A stretch of 64,000 nucleotides of DNA from an uncultured Verrucomicrobiae bacterium (GCA_963812605.1 CAWEWF010000014.1:416001-480000), one strand, 5' to 3'; shown: positions 10,680 to 22,829, numbered from the stretch's first letter. Numbers and translations: made by a program. The notes: a model not told the origin generated them from the letters alone.

Positions 10680-11937
10680 CAAAGACCATCGTTACCTCTG
10701 GCACCCGTTTACGCAGATGAAGGATTGGCTGGCGGAGGAGCCGGTCATTATCGAGGCGGGGGAAGGCGCGACGCTGCGGGACACGAACGGGCGCGAATAT
10801 ATCGATGCCAACTCTTCGATCTGGACGAACCTGCATGGTCACCGTCATCTTGCGATTACACAAGCGATTAAGGATCAGCTCGACCAAATCGCCCACTCGT
10901 CGTTTCTCGGGCTTTCGAATGTGCCGGCCAGCCAGTTGGCGGAGAAGTTGATCAACGTCGCGCCGGGCGGGTTGACGCGCGTATTTTATTCGGACGACGG
11001 TTCGACCGCAATGGAAGTCGCCATCAAGATGGCGTTGCAGTACTGGCAGCACCGGCGAGAACCGCAACGCACCAAGTTTGTGGCGTTCGCCGATGCCTAT
11101 CACGGTGACACGCTCGGCGCGGTCAGCTTGGGCGGGATCGACCTGTTTCAGGCGGCGTTCAAGCCGTTGCTGTTCGATGTAGTCCGCGTGAAAGACATGG
11201 CAGGATTACGGAGTGCGGCGGACGGCACGCTGGCGGCGGTCGCAATCGAGCCACTGATTCAGGGGGCGGCCGGGATGAAGTTGTGGCCGGGCGGCTTGTT
11301 GAAAGAATTGCGCGCTTTCTGCACGAAAAACGGGGCGCTGCTGATCGTGGATGAGGTCATGACGGGTTTTGGGCGCACCGGAAAGATGTTTGCCTGCGAG
11401 CATGAAGAAGTGACGCCCGATTTGATGGCGGTAGCGAAGGGATTGACGGGCGGTTATCTACCGCTGGCGGCGACGCTGACCACGGAAGAAATATTCGCCG
11501 CGTTCCTCGGTGACTACAGTGAGTTCAAGACGTTTTTTCACGGTCACAGTTACACCGGCAACCAACTCGGCTGCGCGGCGGCGCTGGCGAACTTGCGGGT
11601 CTTCGAGGAGGAACGAACCTTGGAGAAGCTGCACCCGTTTTGCGAGCAGTTGCGGGGAGGGCTTGAGGCATTGCGTACGCTTCCGCATGTCGGAGATGTA
11701 CGTCATCTGGGGATGATCGGCGCCGTGGAATTGTTCAAGGACGTAACCACGAAAGAACCGTTCCCGCTGGCGGACAAAATGGGCATTCGTGTGTGCGCGG
11801 AGATGCGCCGGCGCGGCGTCCTGACGCGACCGATTGGCAACACGATCGTTCTTATGCCGCCGTATTGCATCAGTCACACGCAACTGGATCGGGTGTTGAG
11901 CGTTCTTGCGGAATCAATCCGGATCGTGGTAGCTTAG
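10660..11937 (+). CDS. bioA: Adenosylmethionine--8-amino-7-oxononanoate aminotransferase
   Basis: LWHPFTQM, DDGSTAMEVAIKMA, YHGDT, DEVMTGFGRTG, AKGLTGGYLP, FHGHSYTGN. Confidence 0.95.
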   Translation: MVTSLADKDHRYLWHPFTQMKDWLAEEPVIIEAGEGATLRDTNGREYIDANSSIWTNLHGHRHLAITQAIKDQLDQIAHSSFLGLSNVPASQLAEKLINVAPGGLTRVFYSDDGSTAMEVAIKMALQYWQHRREPQRTKFVAFADAYHGDTLGAVSLGGIDLFQAAFKPLLFDVVRVKDMAGLRSAADGTLAAVAIEPLIQGAAGMKLWPGGLLKELRAFCTKNGALLIVDEVMTGFGRTGKMFACEHEEVTPDLMAVAKGLTGGYLPLAATLTTEEIFAAFLGDYSEFKTFFHGHSYTGNQLGCAAALANLRVFEEERTLEKLHPFCEQLRGGLEALRTLPHVGDVRHLGMIGAVELFKDVTTKEPFPLADKMGIRVCAEMRRRGVLTRPIGNTIVLMPPYCISHTQLDRVLSVLAESIRIVVA

Positions 11938-11963
11938 GTTCGTGGTGGCCAGAAGGGTAAATT

Positions 11964-12782
11964 ATGGTCCGTCCACCCGCAGTAGCAGGGCAATTCTACC
12001 CGGAGACCGCATCGGAGGTCGATACGGCTCTCCAGGCGCTCATCCCTCTGTCGGCTTCCAAACGCCGCGCGATTGCGGTCGTTTGTCCGCACGCGGGTTG
12101 GACGTATTCGGGCCGCACGGCTGGTTTCGTCTATTCCCAGGTGGAAATCCCCGACCGCGTTATTCTCGTCGGCCCGAATCATCACGGCATTGGCAGTGAG
12201 TATGCCGTGTATGGCTCCGGTTCGTGGCACACACCCACGGGTGACGTGCCGATTGCCGAGCCGCTGGCCGCCGCGCTGCTGGACAATTGCGAATTACTTG
12301 CCGACGACCTGCGCGCCCATGGTGGCGAGCATTCCCTTGAGGTGCAGGTTCCCATGCTTTTGCGCGCCAATCCCAACGTGCGAATTGTGCCGCTGCTCAT
12401 CGGTGGTGGCTGGCCGGAGGGTGGCGGACGCCGCAACCTGCGGGAGATTGGCGCAGCCATAACCCAAACGATACAGGAATTCGGGAGGCCCGTCCTGCTG
12501 CTTGCGTCGACCGACCTCAATCACTACGAGGATCAGGAAACCTCGCACATTAAAGACAAATTGGTGTTGGACGCGCTGGTGAAATTGGATGAAGAGGCGT
12601 TGATGGACCACGTGATCGATGTGGAAGTATCGATGTGCGGGGTGGCAGCCACGTATATTGTGCTCCACGCCGCCAAGAAGCTCGGGGCGAAACGCGCCGA
12701 ATTGCTCGACTACCGCACGAGCGGCGACGTCAATGGCGATTTTGCGCGGGTGGTGGGTTACGGCGCGGCGGTGATTGAGTGA
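11964..12782 (+). CDS. AmmeMemoRadiSam system protein B (MEMO1 family)
   Basis: RPPAVAGQFYP, PHAGWTYSG, GPNH, EHSLEVQ, STDLNHY, SMCG, VVGY. Confidence 0.92.
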   Translation: MVRPPAVAGQFYPETASEVDTALQALIPLSASKRRAIAVVCPHAGWTYSGRTAGFVYSQVEIPDRVILVGPNHHGIGSEYAVYGSGSWHTPTGDVPIAEPLAAALLDNCELLADDLRAHGGEHSLEVQVPMLLRANPNVRIVPLLIGGGWPEGGGRRNLREIGAAITQTIQEFGRPVLLLASTDLNHYEDQETSHIKDKLVLDALVKLDEEALMDHVIDVEVSMCGVAATYIVLHAAKKLGAKRAELLDYRTSGDVNGDFARVVGYGAAVIE

Positions 12783-13204
12783 GGGAAACTGCGATGACAA
12801 GGGAAGAGTTTATTTCGCTGAAGACTGCAGCCGAGCACCAGTCAAACCGCCTCCCGCGAAATATCATTTGGGCCCTTTATGGTGGGTTCATCATGGCCTT
12901 CGTTTTTGTTCTCCTTATTTGGCTATTAGAACTGTGTGGTGTAGAAAGACTGGATCCGCGCTTCCGAAATGATCCCGCCGAGGTTATGGCAGATTTTCGA
13001 GTTGGAATGCTGTGGGTTTTCGGTATGGCCGTTGTTGTCCTCGGCTTAATACTGCTCGCATACTGGATAGCTGTTCGCAGATTCAGAAATAGATTTTGGT
13101 TGAGATGTCCGTCATGCTACAAATTCCTGACGGATGACGCTGAAAAGAGTGCTGTCGCGACGGGCTGTTGTGGTCATTGCGGACAACTAGTGTTCGATGA
13201 ATGA
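12779..13204 (+). CDS. Hypothetical membrane protein with C-terminal Zn ribbon
   Basis: Two hydrophobic helices, CPSC...CGHC. Lower GC than neighbours. Confidence 0.6.
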   Translation: MRETAMTREEFISLKTAAEHQSNRLPRNIIWALYGGFIMAFVFVLLIWLLELCGVERLDPRFRNDPAEVMADFRVGMLWVFGMAVVVLGLILLAYWIAVRRFRNRFWLRCPSCYKFLTDDAEKSAVATGCCGHCGQLVFDE

Positions 13205-13265
13205 CTTTGAATGGCGCCTTGGAGGTAGTTTGATTTTAGATGAACCACTGCTATGGCCATCGGGT

Positions 13266-13294
13266 TTGACTTCCGGTGACGGGCTTGTTACATT
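13266..13294 (+). promoter_or_regulatory. Putative sigma70 promoter of iscA-like gene
   Basis: TTGACT-17nt-TACATT. Confidence 0.6.
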
Positions 13295-13309
13295 CCGATG
13301 GAGAACAAC

Positions 13310-13627
13310 ATGATTACACTGACAGAGAACGCCAGGAAGCATATTAAGACACTGCAAGCCGATCAAGGCGCGCCGGGGAAAGCTTTGCGTGTGTACGTGG
13401 ATGCGGGTGGTTGCTCCGGCATGGAATACGGCATGGCGTTCGATGAGAAGAAGGCCGAGGACGAAGTGGTGGCGCAGGACGGCGTCGAGGTCGTGATCGA
13501 TCCGATGAGCATGAATTTTCTCAAGGGTAGCGAGATCGATTACGTGGACAGCCTGCAAGGGTCGGGGTTCAAGATCAAGAACCCGAACGTGCATTCGAGT
13601 TGCGGCTGCGGCAAGTCGTTCAATTGA
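13310..13627 (+). CDS. Fe-S cluster assembly A-type carrier (IscA/ErpA/HesB)
   Basis: GGCSG, NPN, CGCGKSF. GGAGA RBS precedes ATG 13310. Confidence 0.95.
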   Translation: MITLTENARKHIKTLQADQGAPGKALRVYVDAGGCSGMEYGMAFDEKKAEDEVVAQDGVEVVIDPMSMNFLKGSEIDYVDSLQGSGFKIKNPNVHSSCGCGKSFN

Positions 13628-13640
13628 TAATTTAGGCAGA

Positions 13641-13730
13641 TTCGTTTGGGGAGCCTTTCGGGGCTGAGATTCCGCACGAGGCGGGAGACCCATGGAACCT
13701 GACCCGGGTAATGCCGGCGTAGGGAAACAT
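13641..13730 (+). promoter_or_regulatory. TPP riboswitch aptamer
   Basis: GGGGAGC...GCTGAGA...GACCC...GAACCTGA...GGGTAATGCCGGCGTAGGGAA directly upstream of thiC. Confidence 0.93.
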
Positions 13731-13738
13731 AGCGCAAG

Positions 13739-13770
13739 GCCGACTCCTGGATTCAGAGTCGGCTTTTTTT
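13739..13770 (+). terminator. Riboswitch intrinsic terminator
   Basis: GCCGACTC-loop-GAGTCGGC followed by T7. Confidence 0.85.
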
Positions 13771-13806
13771 GTTTGGCCCCGAAGGCTTTCGGGGTAAAAG
13801 GAGTGA

Positions 13807-15579
<1,773 letters not shown>

Positions 15580-15604
15580 AGCATCTACCGAATCGGAATT
15601 GCGC

Positions 15605-16108
15605 ATGCCTGATTCTTCATCCATTCCGTTGGCGGAGATTCTGCGCGCCGCAAACAAACTGGTCGAGACAGGATTGATCGAAGATTATGCGTTGGGCGGC
15701 GCACTGGCGGCGATTTATTACGTTGAGCCATTTACGACGTACGACGCAGATTTGTTTTACACCCCCGTCGACAAGAGTCTCAGCGCTGGAATACCGGCCA
15801 TCTACGCCCAATTGCAGGCGGAAGGCTGGAAGCTCGAAGGTGACCACCTTACGGCGCACGGTTTCCCCGTCCGGTTTCTCGCCGCTCATGGTCTTACGGA
15901 AGAGGCGGTTCGCGAGGCGCGCGCGGTCGAATTCGAAGGCGTGCCGTCGAAAGTGTTCCGCGCGGAGCACATCGTGGCTATTGCCGCGAGCGTTGGACGC
16001 TACAAAGACCTCGCTCGCATCGAACAAATGCTTCAGCAAGGTGATCTGGACAAAATTCTGCTGGAAAAAATTCTCCGACGGCATAAACTAAAGCTGCCGA
16101 CCACATGA
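15605..16108 (+). CDS. Putative nucleotidyltransferase-fold protein
   Basis: YALGGALA...TTYDADLF (GG...DxD) and a C-terminal GRYKDL. Confidence 0.6.
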   Translation: MPDSSSIPLAEILRAANKLVETGLIEDYALGGALAAIYYVEPFTTYDADLFYTPVDKSLSAGIPAIYAQLQAEGWKLEGDHLTAHGFPVRFLAAHGLTEEAVREARAVEFEGVPSKVFRAEHIVAIAASVGRYKDLARIEQMLQQGDLDKILLEKILRRHKLKLPTT

Positions 16109-16254
16109 AGCTAGGAATGCGACAAAGATTGGCCAAGGAAAGCTTTGAGGAGAAAATCCGCAAAGTCAGCCAGCTCATTCGACTGGCCCGTTCCGTCCAA
16201 CGTCCGACGGCGAAAGCTGCGCCGTATAGGAGCCCCCGCACCTTTGCTCGATGA
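16105..16254 (+). CDS. Small basic protein, 49 aa
   Basis: ATGA overlap with the previous gene. MKLGMRQRLAKESFEEKIRKVSQLIRLARSV...; below the ORF-track size cutoff. Confidence 0.5.
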   Translation: MKLGMRQRLAKESFEEKIRKVSQLIRLARSVQRPTAKAAPYRSPRTFAR

Positions 16255-16284
16255 TACCCACAGGCCCGGTACGCCGCGTAGGGT

Positions 16285-16638
16285 CTACCCGCCTTGATAG
16301 ACCGCGTCACCGAAACCGAGAATCGGGTAAAAAATGAAGGGCAGGAAGATGAGGCCCAGGACAAAGCCAGCCCCTTTTCCGAAATTGGCCGCCACGCCGG
16401 CGATGGCCAGGATTCCCACGATGATGTTGACGATGGGGATCAGCATCAGGATCAGCCACCAGCCGGGCTTCCCGGCGACCTGCAGGAGCACATAGGCGTT
16501 ATAAATCGGAATTAACACCGCCCAGCCCGGTTGCCCGGCCTTCGTGAAAACTTTCCACATCCCGGCAATCATAATAAAGACGATTGCCAGTTCAATGATC
16601 AGAAAGAACCCGACTCCACCTGCGAGTAAACCGTTCAT
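16285..16638 (-). CDS. DUF5684-like small membrane protein
   Basis: WKVFTKAGQPGWAVLIPIYN...FGKGAGF...LGFG. Confidence 0.8.
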   Translation of the reverse strand: MNGLLAGGVGFFLIIELAIVFIMIAGMWKVFTKAGQPGWAVLIPIYNAYVLLQVAGKPGWWLILMLIPIVNIIVGILAIAGVAANFGKGAGFVLGLIFLPFIFYPILGFGDAVYQGG

Positions 16639-16790
16639 CACTGTGGCCTCCGAGTTTAGTGGTTTATGTTTGGGCAACCGATCGGTGTCTTGGAAGGTCT
16701 GTATGAAAGCAAATTGTCAGCGTAGTATCAAGAACCTTCATCAAACGCACAGAACACGACAGTCGGTGGTGATGATGGCCAACTGTTAGC

Positions 16791-16828
16791 AAAAAAAGAA
16801 CCCCGACACCGGAGCGTCGGGGTTCTTT
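16791..16828 (-). terminator. Intrinsic terminator after pilin-like gene
   Basis: AAGAACCCCGAC/GTCGGGGTTCTT stem with an A7 tract on + (U tract on -). Confidence 0.8.
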
Positions 16829-16844
16829 CGTGAGAATACTGGTA

Positions 16845-17471
16845 TTAATCCGCGGAGACAACCGCTGCCTGGCTGTTCGTGCCCACCAGGGCCGACAGGC
16901 TGTTATTCCAAGACACGTGTCCGTCGTTGTACAGAACGTTGCCGCCGGCATCTTTGTGAGGCGCGGGCATACCAACGCCACTGCCGCTGACGAGCCACTT
17001 GGCGCCCTTGGTATAGGTGGTGGGCGTGGTGTCCGCCATGCGATCCAACGCGAGGATCGAATCCGGTTGATCCTGCCAGATGATGAAGGGGCAGTAAGCG
17101 TAGCTGATGTTGCTATTGGCCGAGATTGAAGTGTCCAGCGGATAGCTTGCCGTCAGCTTCCGGGAACTGTCGCTCGGGCAGGTGAAGATCTTTGCGGATG
17201 TGATCGTGTTGCTCAACAGGTTAAAAGAAGCGCCCAGATTGGGGGTGCTCAAATTATCCAGGGGCACACGACCGTTGTAGTTATCGGCATACATGGCGAT
17301 GCCCAAGCCGATCTGCTTGAGATTGCTCAAGCAATTGGCGCGACGCGCCTTTTCGCGGGCCTGGTTAAGCGCCGGCAGCAGCATGGCCGCCAGGATCCCG
17401 ATAATTGCGATGACGACCAGCAGCTCAATCAATGTGAAGCCGCCGATCTTGATTCTTGTTAACCGTTTCAT
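16845..17471 (-). CDS. Prepilin-type N-methylation protein with H-X9-DG-like C-terminus
   Basis: [49 protein letters not shown]. Confidence 0.9.
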   Translation of the reverse strand: MKRLTRIKIGGFTLIELLVVIAIIGILAAMLLPALNQAREKARRANCLSNLKQIGLGIAMYADNYNGRVPLDNLSTPNLGASFNLLSNTITSAKIFTCPSDSSRKLTASYPLDTSISANSNISYAYCPFIIWQDQPDSILALDRMADTTPTTYTKGAKWLVSGSGVGMPAPHKDAGGNVLYNDGHVSWNNSLSALVGTNSQAAVVSAD

Positions 17472-17919
17472 TTCTGGTGATGCCTCCATGGTATTGGTTA
17501 GGAATGTGTGCCCATCCGCTTCTTCGGGACCGCCTCGCGCCGCCACCGACACCTCCGCTAGTCCCTGTCTAAAGACAACACCCAGATACCAATTGTGCTG
17601 CACATTTTCAACCCGTAAATGCAAACACCTTGCCATTGGCGCATTTCGCAACCCCTCGCTGCAAATGCTTCAATCGTGATATGAAGGGGTTACGTAAAGC
17701 AGTCATATCACCGGAAATCTTCATTACAAATTCGTAATGTGCCACCGGTTGACGATTTTGCAGCCTACCGCTTGCTGCGGGACAAGTGTGGGTAAACCTT
17801 TACCAGTTCGTGGTCGATGCAGCGCTTCGCGGTATTTGCCCGGAGAAGAAGCACTGCGGCAAAGTCAGCGAGCTTTTTATACTGGGAATCGCGAAAGATT
17901 TCTGTACCATCTGAAGATT

Positions 17920-18550
17920 ATGATTACCGTAACCCGCCGTGCATTCATTGTCGTGTCGGCCGCATTGGCGCTGCTGCCTTTGACGGGGCGCGCTGAGCTA
18001 CCGATGGCGCCGGAGAAAGTGCAACCGCTGGCCAAGGGTGTTCCGGTGCCAGATGTCACACTCAAAACTGTCGATGGGAAGAATTTCGCCTTGAGGGCGG
18101 AAACGGAGGCCCAGCCGACGGTCATTATTTTTTATCGTGGCGGATGGTGTCCGTACTGCAACGCACATCTGGCGGACGTGCAGAAGGCCGAGAAAGATTT
18201 GCTCGCCCTGGGGTATCGCATTCTCGCCATCTGCCCGGACCGGGCTTCAGCTCTCCGCGCCACCATGGATGACGACCACCTGACGTATACGCTCCTCTCC
18301 GACGCGGACATGCAAGCTACGGGAGCTTTTGGCCTCGCTTATGGCCTGGACGACGCGACGGCAGAAAAGTACAAGAGCTTTGGTGTTCCGCTGACCGCGC
18401 AACATGACGGGCATTTCTGGTTCCGGTACGGCCGTGTACATTGTGGGCAAGGATGGACGGATCGCCTTCGCGCATTGGGATCCTGATTACAAGGTGCGCC
18501 TGAGCGGCGCCGAATTGTTAAAGGCCGCCCGGGAAGCATCCGCAAAGTAA
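17920..18550 (+). CDS. Exported peroxiredoxin-like AhpC/TSA protein (apparent frameshift ~18425)
   Basis: FYRGGWCPYCN. The C-terminus AVYIVGKDGRIAFAHWDPDYKVRLS lies in another frame. Confidence 0.85.
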
Positions 18551-18551
18551 A

Positions 18552-19043
18552 TTGAATTCATCACGAGCCATTGATTCCGGGGTAAAAATCGGTCACGTGC
18601 ATCTCAAGGTGGCCGACCTCGAACGGTCGTTGGCGTTTTATCGGGATGTACTCGGTTTTGAAGTGACGCAGCGCCACGGGAACAGCGTGGCGTTTATCTC
18701 GGCGGGCGATTATCACCATCATATCGGCCTGAACACGTGGGAAAGTGAAGGCGGATCACCGCCTGAACCAGGCACGACCGGATTGTATCACCTCGCCATT
18801 CTCTATCCCACGCGTGCCCTTCTGGCGGATGCGCTGCGGCGACTTGCGAAAGCGGGGATTTCCCTCGAAGGCGCTTCCGACCACGGCGTGAGCGAGGCGC
18901 TCTACCTGCGCGACCCGGATGGCAACGGCGTGGAACTTTATTGGGACCGCCCCAAAGAGCAATGGCCGCGTTCACCTGACGGCGGCGTGGCGATGTTTAC
19001 CCATCCACTGGACCTGGATGCGCTGCTCAAGGAAGCGGCGTGA
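18552..19043 (+). CDS. VOC/glyoxalase family protein (CatE-like)
   Basis: IGHVHLKVADL, YHHHIGLNTW, GLYHLAI, DHGVSEALYLRDPDGNGVELY. Confidence 0.9.
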   Translation: MNSSRAIDSGVKIGHVHLKVADLERSLAFYRDVLGFEVTQRHGNSVAFISAGDYHHHIGLNTWESEGGSPPEPGTTGLYHLAILYPTRALLADALRRLAKAGISLEGASDHGVSEALYLRDPDGNGVELYWDRPKEQWPRSPDGGVAMFTHPLDLDALLKEAA

Positions 19044-19113
19044 GTGGATTGGTTGAGAGAGAGTGTGTGCGGTTAAGCTTTTCTCCAGCATAAATTACCG
19101 GTACAACATCTAC

Positions 19114-20756
19114 ATGGCAACGAACCCACTTTCCCTTACGCAACGGCCGGCATGGCGCGCGCTCGCCGCGCATCACCAGGAGATCAAGGACATTCACTTG
19201 CGGCAGTTTTTCGCCGCTGACCCGAAGCGCGGCGAGCGCCTGGTCATTGAGGATGCCGGGATTTACCTCGATTACTCGAAGAATCGCATCAACGAAGAAA
19301 CCATTCGGCTGCTCATCGCTCTCGCGGAGGAATGCGGTTTGCGAGCGCGCATCGAGGCGATGTTTCGCGGCGAGAAGATCAACGTGACGGAGAAGCGCGC
19401 GGTATTGCACGTGGCACTGCGGGCGCCACATGATCAGTCGATTCTGGTGGATGGCGAGAATGTGGTGCCGAAAGTGCACGAAGTCCTGGACCGGATGGCT
19501 GATTTCGCCAATCGTGTTCGCAGCGGCGCCTGGAAGGGGCATACTGGCAAGCGCATCCGCAATGTAATCAATATCGGGATTGGAGGATCGGACCTCGGGC
19601 CGGTAATGGCGTACGAGGCGTTGCGCCACTACAGCCAGCGCGAGCTTGTTTTTCGGTTTGTCTCGAACGTGGACGGCACGGATTTTGCCGAGGCGACACG
19701 CGACCTCAAGGCGGAGGAGACGCTGTTCATCGTGTCGTCGAAAACGTTTACGACGCAGGAAACGATGACCAACGCGCACTCGGCCCGCGAGTGGGCGTTG
19801 AAACAATTGGGCGACGAAAAAGCGGTGGCGAAGCATTTCGTGGCGGTATCGACCAACGGTCCGGAGGTGGCGAAGTTCGGGATCGACACCGCCAATATGT
19901 TTGGGTTTTGGGACTGGGTGGGCGGGCGCTATTCGATGGACTCGGCGATCGGTCTTTCAACGATGCTCGCCATCGGACCGGAGAACTTTCGCGCCATGCT
20001 CGCGGGCTTCCACGCGATGGACGAACATTTTCGCACCACACCGTTCGCCAGGAACCTCCGGCGCTCCTCGGCCTGCTCGGCGTGTGGTACAACAACTTCT
20101 TTGGCTCGCAGACGATTGCGGTTCTGCCATACGACCAGTATCTGAAGCGATTTCCGGCGTACCTGCAGCAGTTGACGATGGAGAGCAACGGCAAATCCGT
20201 CACGCTCGAAGGCGGGCGGGTGGATTACCAAACCGGCGCGATCTTCTGGGGAGAACCAGGCACGAACGGGCAGCATTCGTTCTACCAACTCATCCATCAG
20301 GGGACAAAATTGATTCCCTGCGATTTCATCGGTTTCGGTCGGGCGCTGAACCCGCTGGGCGAGCATCACGATTTGTTGATGTCGAACCTGTTGGCCCAAA
20401 GCGAGGCCCTGGCATTTGGAAAGACGGCGGCGGAGGTCAAGGCCGAGGGAACGCCGGATTGGCTGGCGCCACATCGGGTCTTCGAAGGCAACCGTCCTTC
20501 GAACACGATCCTGATCGAGCTGTTAACGCCTGAAGTGCTGGGCAAACTCGTGGCGCTGTATGAGCACGCGGTCTATACGCAGGGCGTGATTTGGAACGTC
20601 GATTCTTTTGACCAGTGGGGAGTGGAATTAGGGAAGGTATTGGCGCGGCGCATTACACCCGAACTACAACCCGCGACCGAAATGCCACTGAAACACGATA
20701 GTTCCACGAATACACTCATCCGCCGCTATCGCAAACTCAGGGGAAGCGCGAAGTAG
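19114..20756 (+). CDS. pgi: Glucose-6-phosphate isomerase (apparent frameshift ~20057)
   Basis: [24 protein letters not shown], then [10 protein letters not shown] and [10 protein letters not shown] in the next frame. Confidence 0.95.
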
Positions 20757-20767
20757 GAAACATTTCT

Positions 20768-21310
20768 ATGAAAACTCAGGAATTGCACGTGGGGATGAAG
20801 GTCAAGCATCCCCATCACGGGATGGGCACGGTCAAATCCGTCACGGAGAACATGGCGGAGATTCGGTTTAACGATGCGACGCGAACCATTGCGCCCGAAA
20901 CGAGCGACCTCGAAGCCGCTGAAGCCCGGACATCCGTCAGCGGACTGGACATGCCGCTGGAGCAATTCGTCGAGAAGGTGACGCGCGTCTTGCTCGGTGA
21001 ACTCGGCGTGGAGAGGCCGGGAGACGTAGTGGAGCAACTGGGAAGCCGGTGGCATGGCGGGCGGCTGGCGCTTCATCCCGCAGACACGGGCTTGCAGGCC
21101 AAGGAAGTGCCGCTGGATGTGTTCTTCCACAAGGTCGTGATGCTCCGCAACAACCTGCGCGTGCTGGAGCAAAAGATCAACAGCCATGAGAAACTAAGCG
21201 ATGCCGACAAAGTGGAATTCCAGCAGTACATCACGCGGTCGTACGGTTCCTTGACGACGTTCAACGTGCTTTTCAAGGACAAGCAGGACCACTTCAGGGG
21301 CGCGGAGTGA
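20768..21310 (+). CDS. Hypothetical protein with N-terminal SH3-like barrel
   Basis: GMKVKHPHHGMGTV; FFHKVVMLRNNLRVLEQKIN; good codon usage. Confidence 0.7.
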   Translation: MKTQELHVGMKVKHPHHGMGTVKSVTENMAEIRFNDATRTIAPETSDLEAAEARTSVSGLDMPLEQFVEKVTRVLLGELGVERPGDVVEQLGSRWHGGRLALHPADTGLQAKEVPLDVFFHKVVMLRNNLRVLEQKINSHEKLSDADKVEFQQYITRSYGSLTTFNVLFKDKQDHFRGAE

Positions 21311-21800
21311 CCGTCGTCGCCGCCACGTCCTTCTTGGCGACGACGCTGATCTGGCCGTTGTTCTCCAGCATGGCATAGTGCACATCTTCGACATTGATGC
21401 AACCGGCGGCGCGCAAGGCGGCGCTCAATTCGTGGTGCGTCAGCTTCTCGCGCACCAGAACTTCTTCATACAGACGGCCGTTATGAATGAGGACTTCGGG
21501 ACGGCCTTCAATAAGGGCCTCTACTCGCTTGTTCCGATAGGCGGCGCGACCGACCAGGTAATTGACGAGCACAAGCGTGCAAGCCGAGAGGACGCCGGCC
21601 AGCACGGAGTTGTCCCCGCCATTCATGGCATTCTGCACGGCGTTGCTGAGAACGAGCAGCAGGACGAGGTCGAACGGCGCGAGTTGGCCGACCTGCCGTT
21701 TGCCGGTCAGGCGCAGCAGCACGATGAGGAACCCGTAAACGATCAGGGCGCGGACGATGAATTCCCACCACGGTAAAGAAAGCTGCCACATGGCGGTCAT
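21294..21800 (-). CDS. DUF421/YetF membrane protein
   Basis: RLTGKRQVGQLAPFDLV, IEGRPEVLIHNG, LENNGQISV. Confidence 0.9.
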   Translation of the reverse strand: MTAMWQLSLPWWEFIVRALIVYGFLIVLLRLTGKRQVGQLAPFDLVLLLVLSNAVQNAMNGGDNSVLAGVLSACTLVLVNYLVGRAAYRNKRVEALIEGRPEVLIHNGRLYEEVLVREKLTHHELSAALRAAGCINVEDVHYAMLENNGQISVVAKKDVAATTVTPRP

Positions 21801-21827
21801 TCTAGCCGAACGCCCGGCAAATACAGT

Positions 21828-22829
21828 TCAAAACCGCAAGACCATTTGCAGGCCCACCGCATCGCGAGTGACGTAGGGCTGAAGGACACCGTCCGTGTTG
21901 CGGCGATAATGGAAGTGGACGATGTTTTTGCCGACGGCATCGCCAAGGAACGCGCCGCCAACAACGTCGCTGAGCCAGTGTTTGTTATCGGTAATGCGTT
22001 GAGCACCGACAGCGCCGGCGAACGCGTACAAGGGCCAGGTCACCCAGGGATTGTGCCAAACTTCACTGACACTGGAAGCGAATGCAAAGGCCACAGTCGA
22101 TTCTCCCGAAACGAACGATGAATTGAATGCTCCTCCGCTGGGTCCATCAAACTGAAACTGGTTTCTGGCTGAATCCGGCCGTTTCCGTCCCGTCAGGAAC
22201 TTAATTCCTTCTTCCAAACCACCGGCGTAGGCGACCGATTCGAACGCCAGGAAACCGGAGTCTGCCAGTTTCTCATTTTGCACGGCCAGCCCGGAGCCAA
22301 AGATCGCAGCGCTCGCGGCGAAGTAGTAGGTGCCGCCGCCGGTAATTGAGCGAACGGTATTCAGGCCGTCGTCGAGTGACGGGGATGGATTGTCGCGGAC
22401 AAAGTCGCGCACGGTGTTGTCCAGGGGGAACAACGCACCGGTAATGCCAACCTCGATGCCGAACGTCTGCCACTCCTCACTGCCCCAATACACCGGCCGC
22501 GTGACGAGATTAATCGGGTCTTTCCAAAGCCATTCCAGGTATTTCTGCGGCCAGTTCTGCGCCTGGTAGGGCAGTAAATACATTTGTCGTTCCCGCGGTG
22601 GCACGACTCCGTCATTATTAGTATTGCCGGCAACCATGAATTGAGCATCGTCCCCGTCAAGCCTGTAGGCGTCCGCACTGTCCATGACGCCCGCCGGTGC
22701 CTCATTTGTCCGGGTGAGCAGACCTGGCGGCAGATAGAAACCCGGAAAAGAATATGGGTCCGCGCACAGGCCTCGTTGGGTGCTGAAGAAGAGGGCAGCC
22801 AGAGTGATGGTGAGCAGCGAAGACTTCAT
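21828..22829 (-). CDS. Exported PAP2-family phosphatase-like protein
   Basis: KFLTGRKRP, SFVSGE (His replaced by Glu), RITDNKHWLSDV; signal peptide. Confidence 0.8.
   Translation of the reverse strand: MKSSLLTITLAALFFSTQRGLCADPYSFPGFYLPPGLLTRTNEAPAGVMDSADAYRLDGDDAQFMVAGNTNNDGVVPPRERQMYLLPYQAQNWPQKYLEWLWKDPINLVTRPVYWGSEEWQTFGIEVGITGALFPLDNTVRDFVRDNPSPSLDDGLNTVRSITGGGTYYFAASAAIFGSGLAVQNEKLADSGFLAFESVAYAGGLEEGIKFLTGRKRPDSARNQFQFDGPSGGAFNSSFVSGESTVAFAFASSVSEVWHNPWVTWPLYAFAGAVGAQRITDNKHWLSDVVGGAFLGDAVGKNIVHFHYRRNTDGVLQPYVTRDAVGLQMVLRF

Noticed and set aside
20040-20070. Programmed frameshift in pgi or the other split genes
   Set aside because: No slippery heptamer or stimulatory structure; the indel-error explanation is simpler
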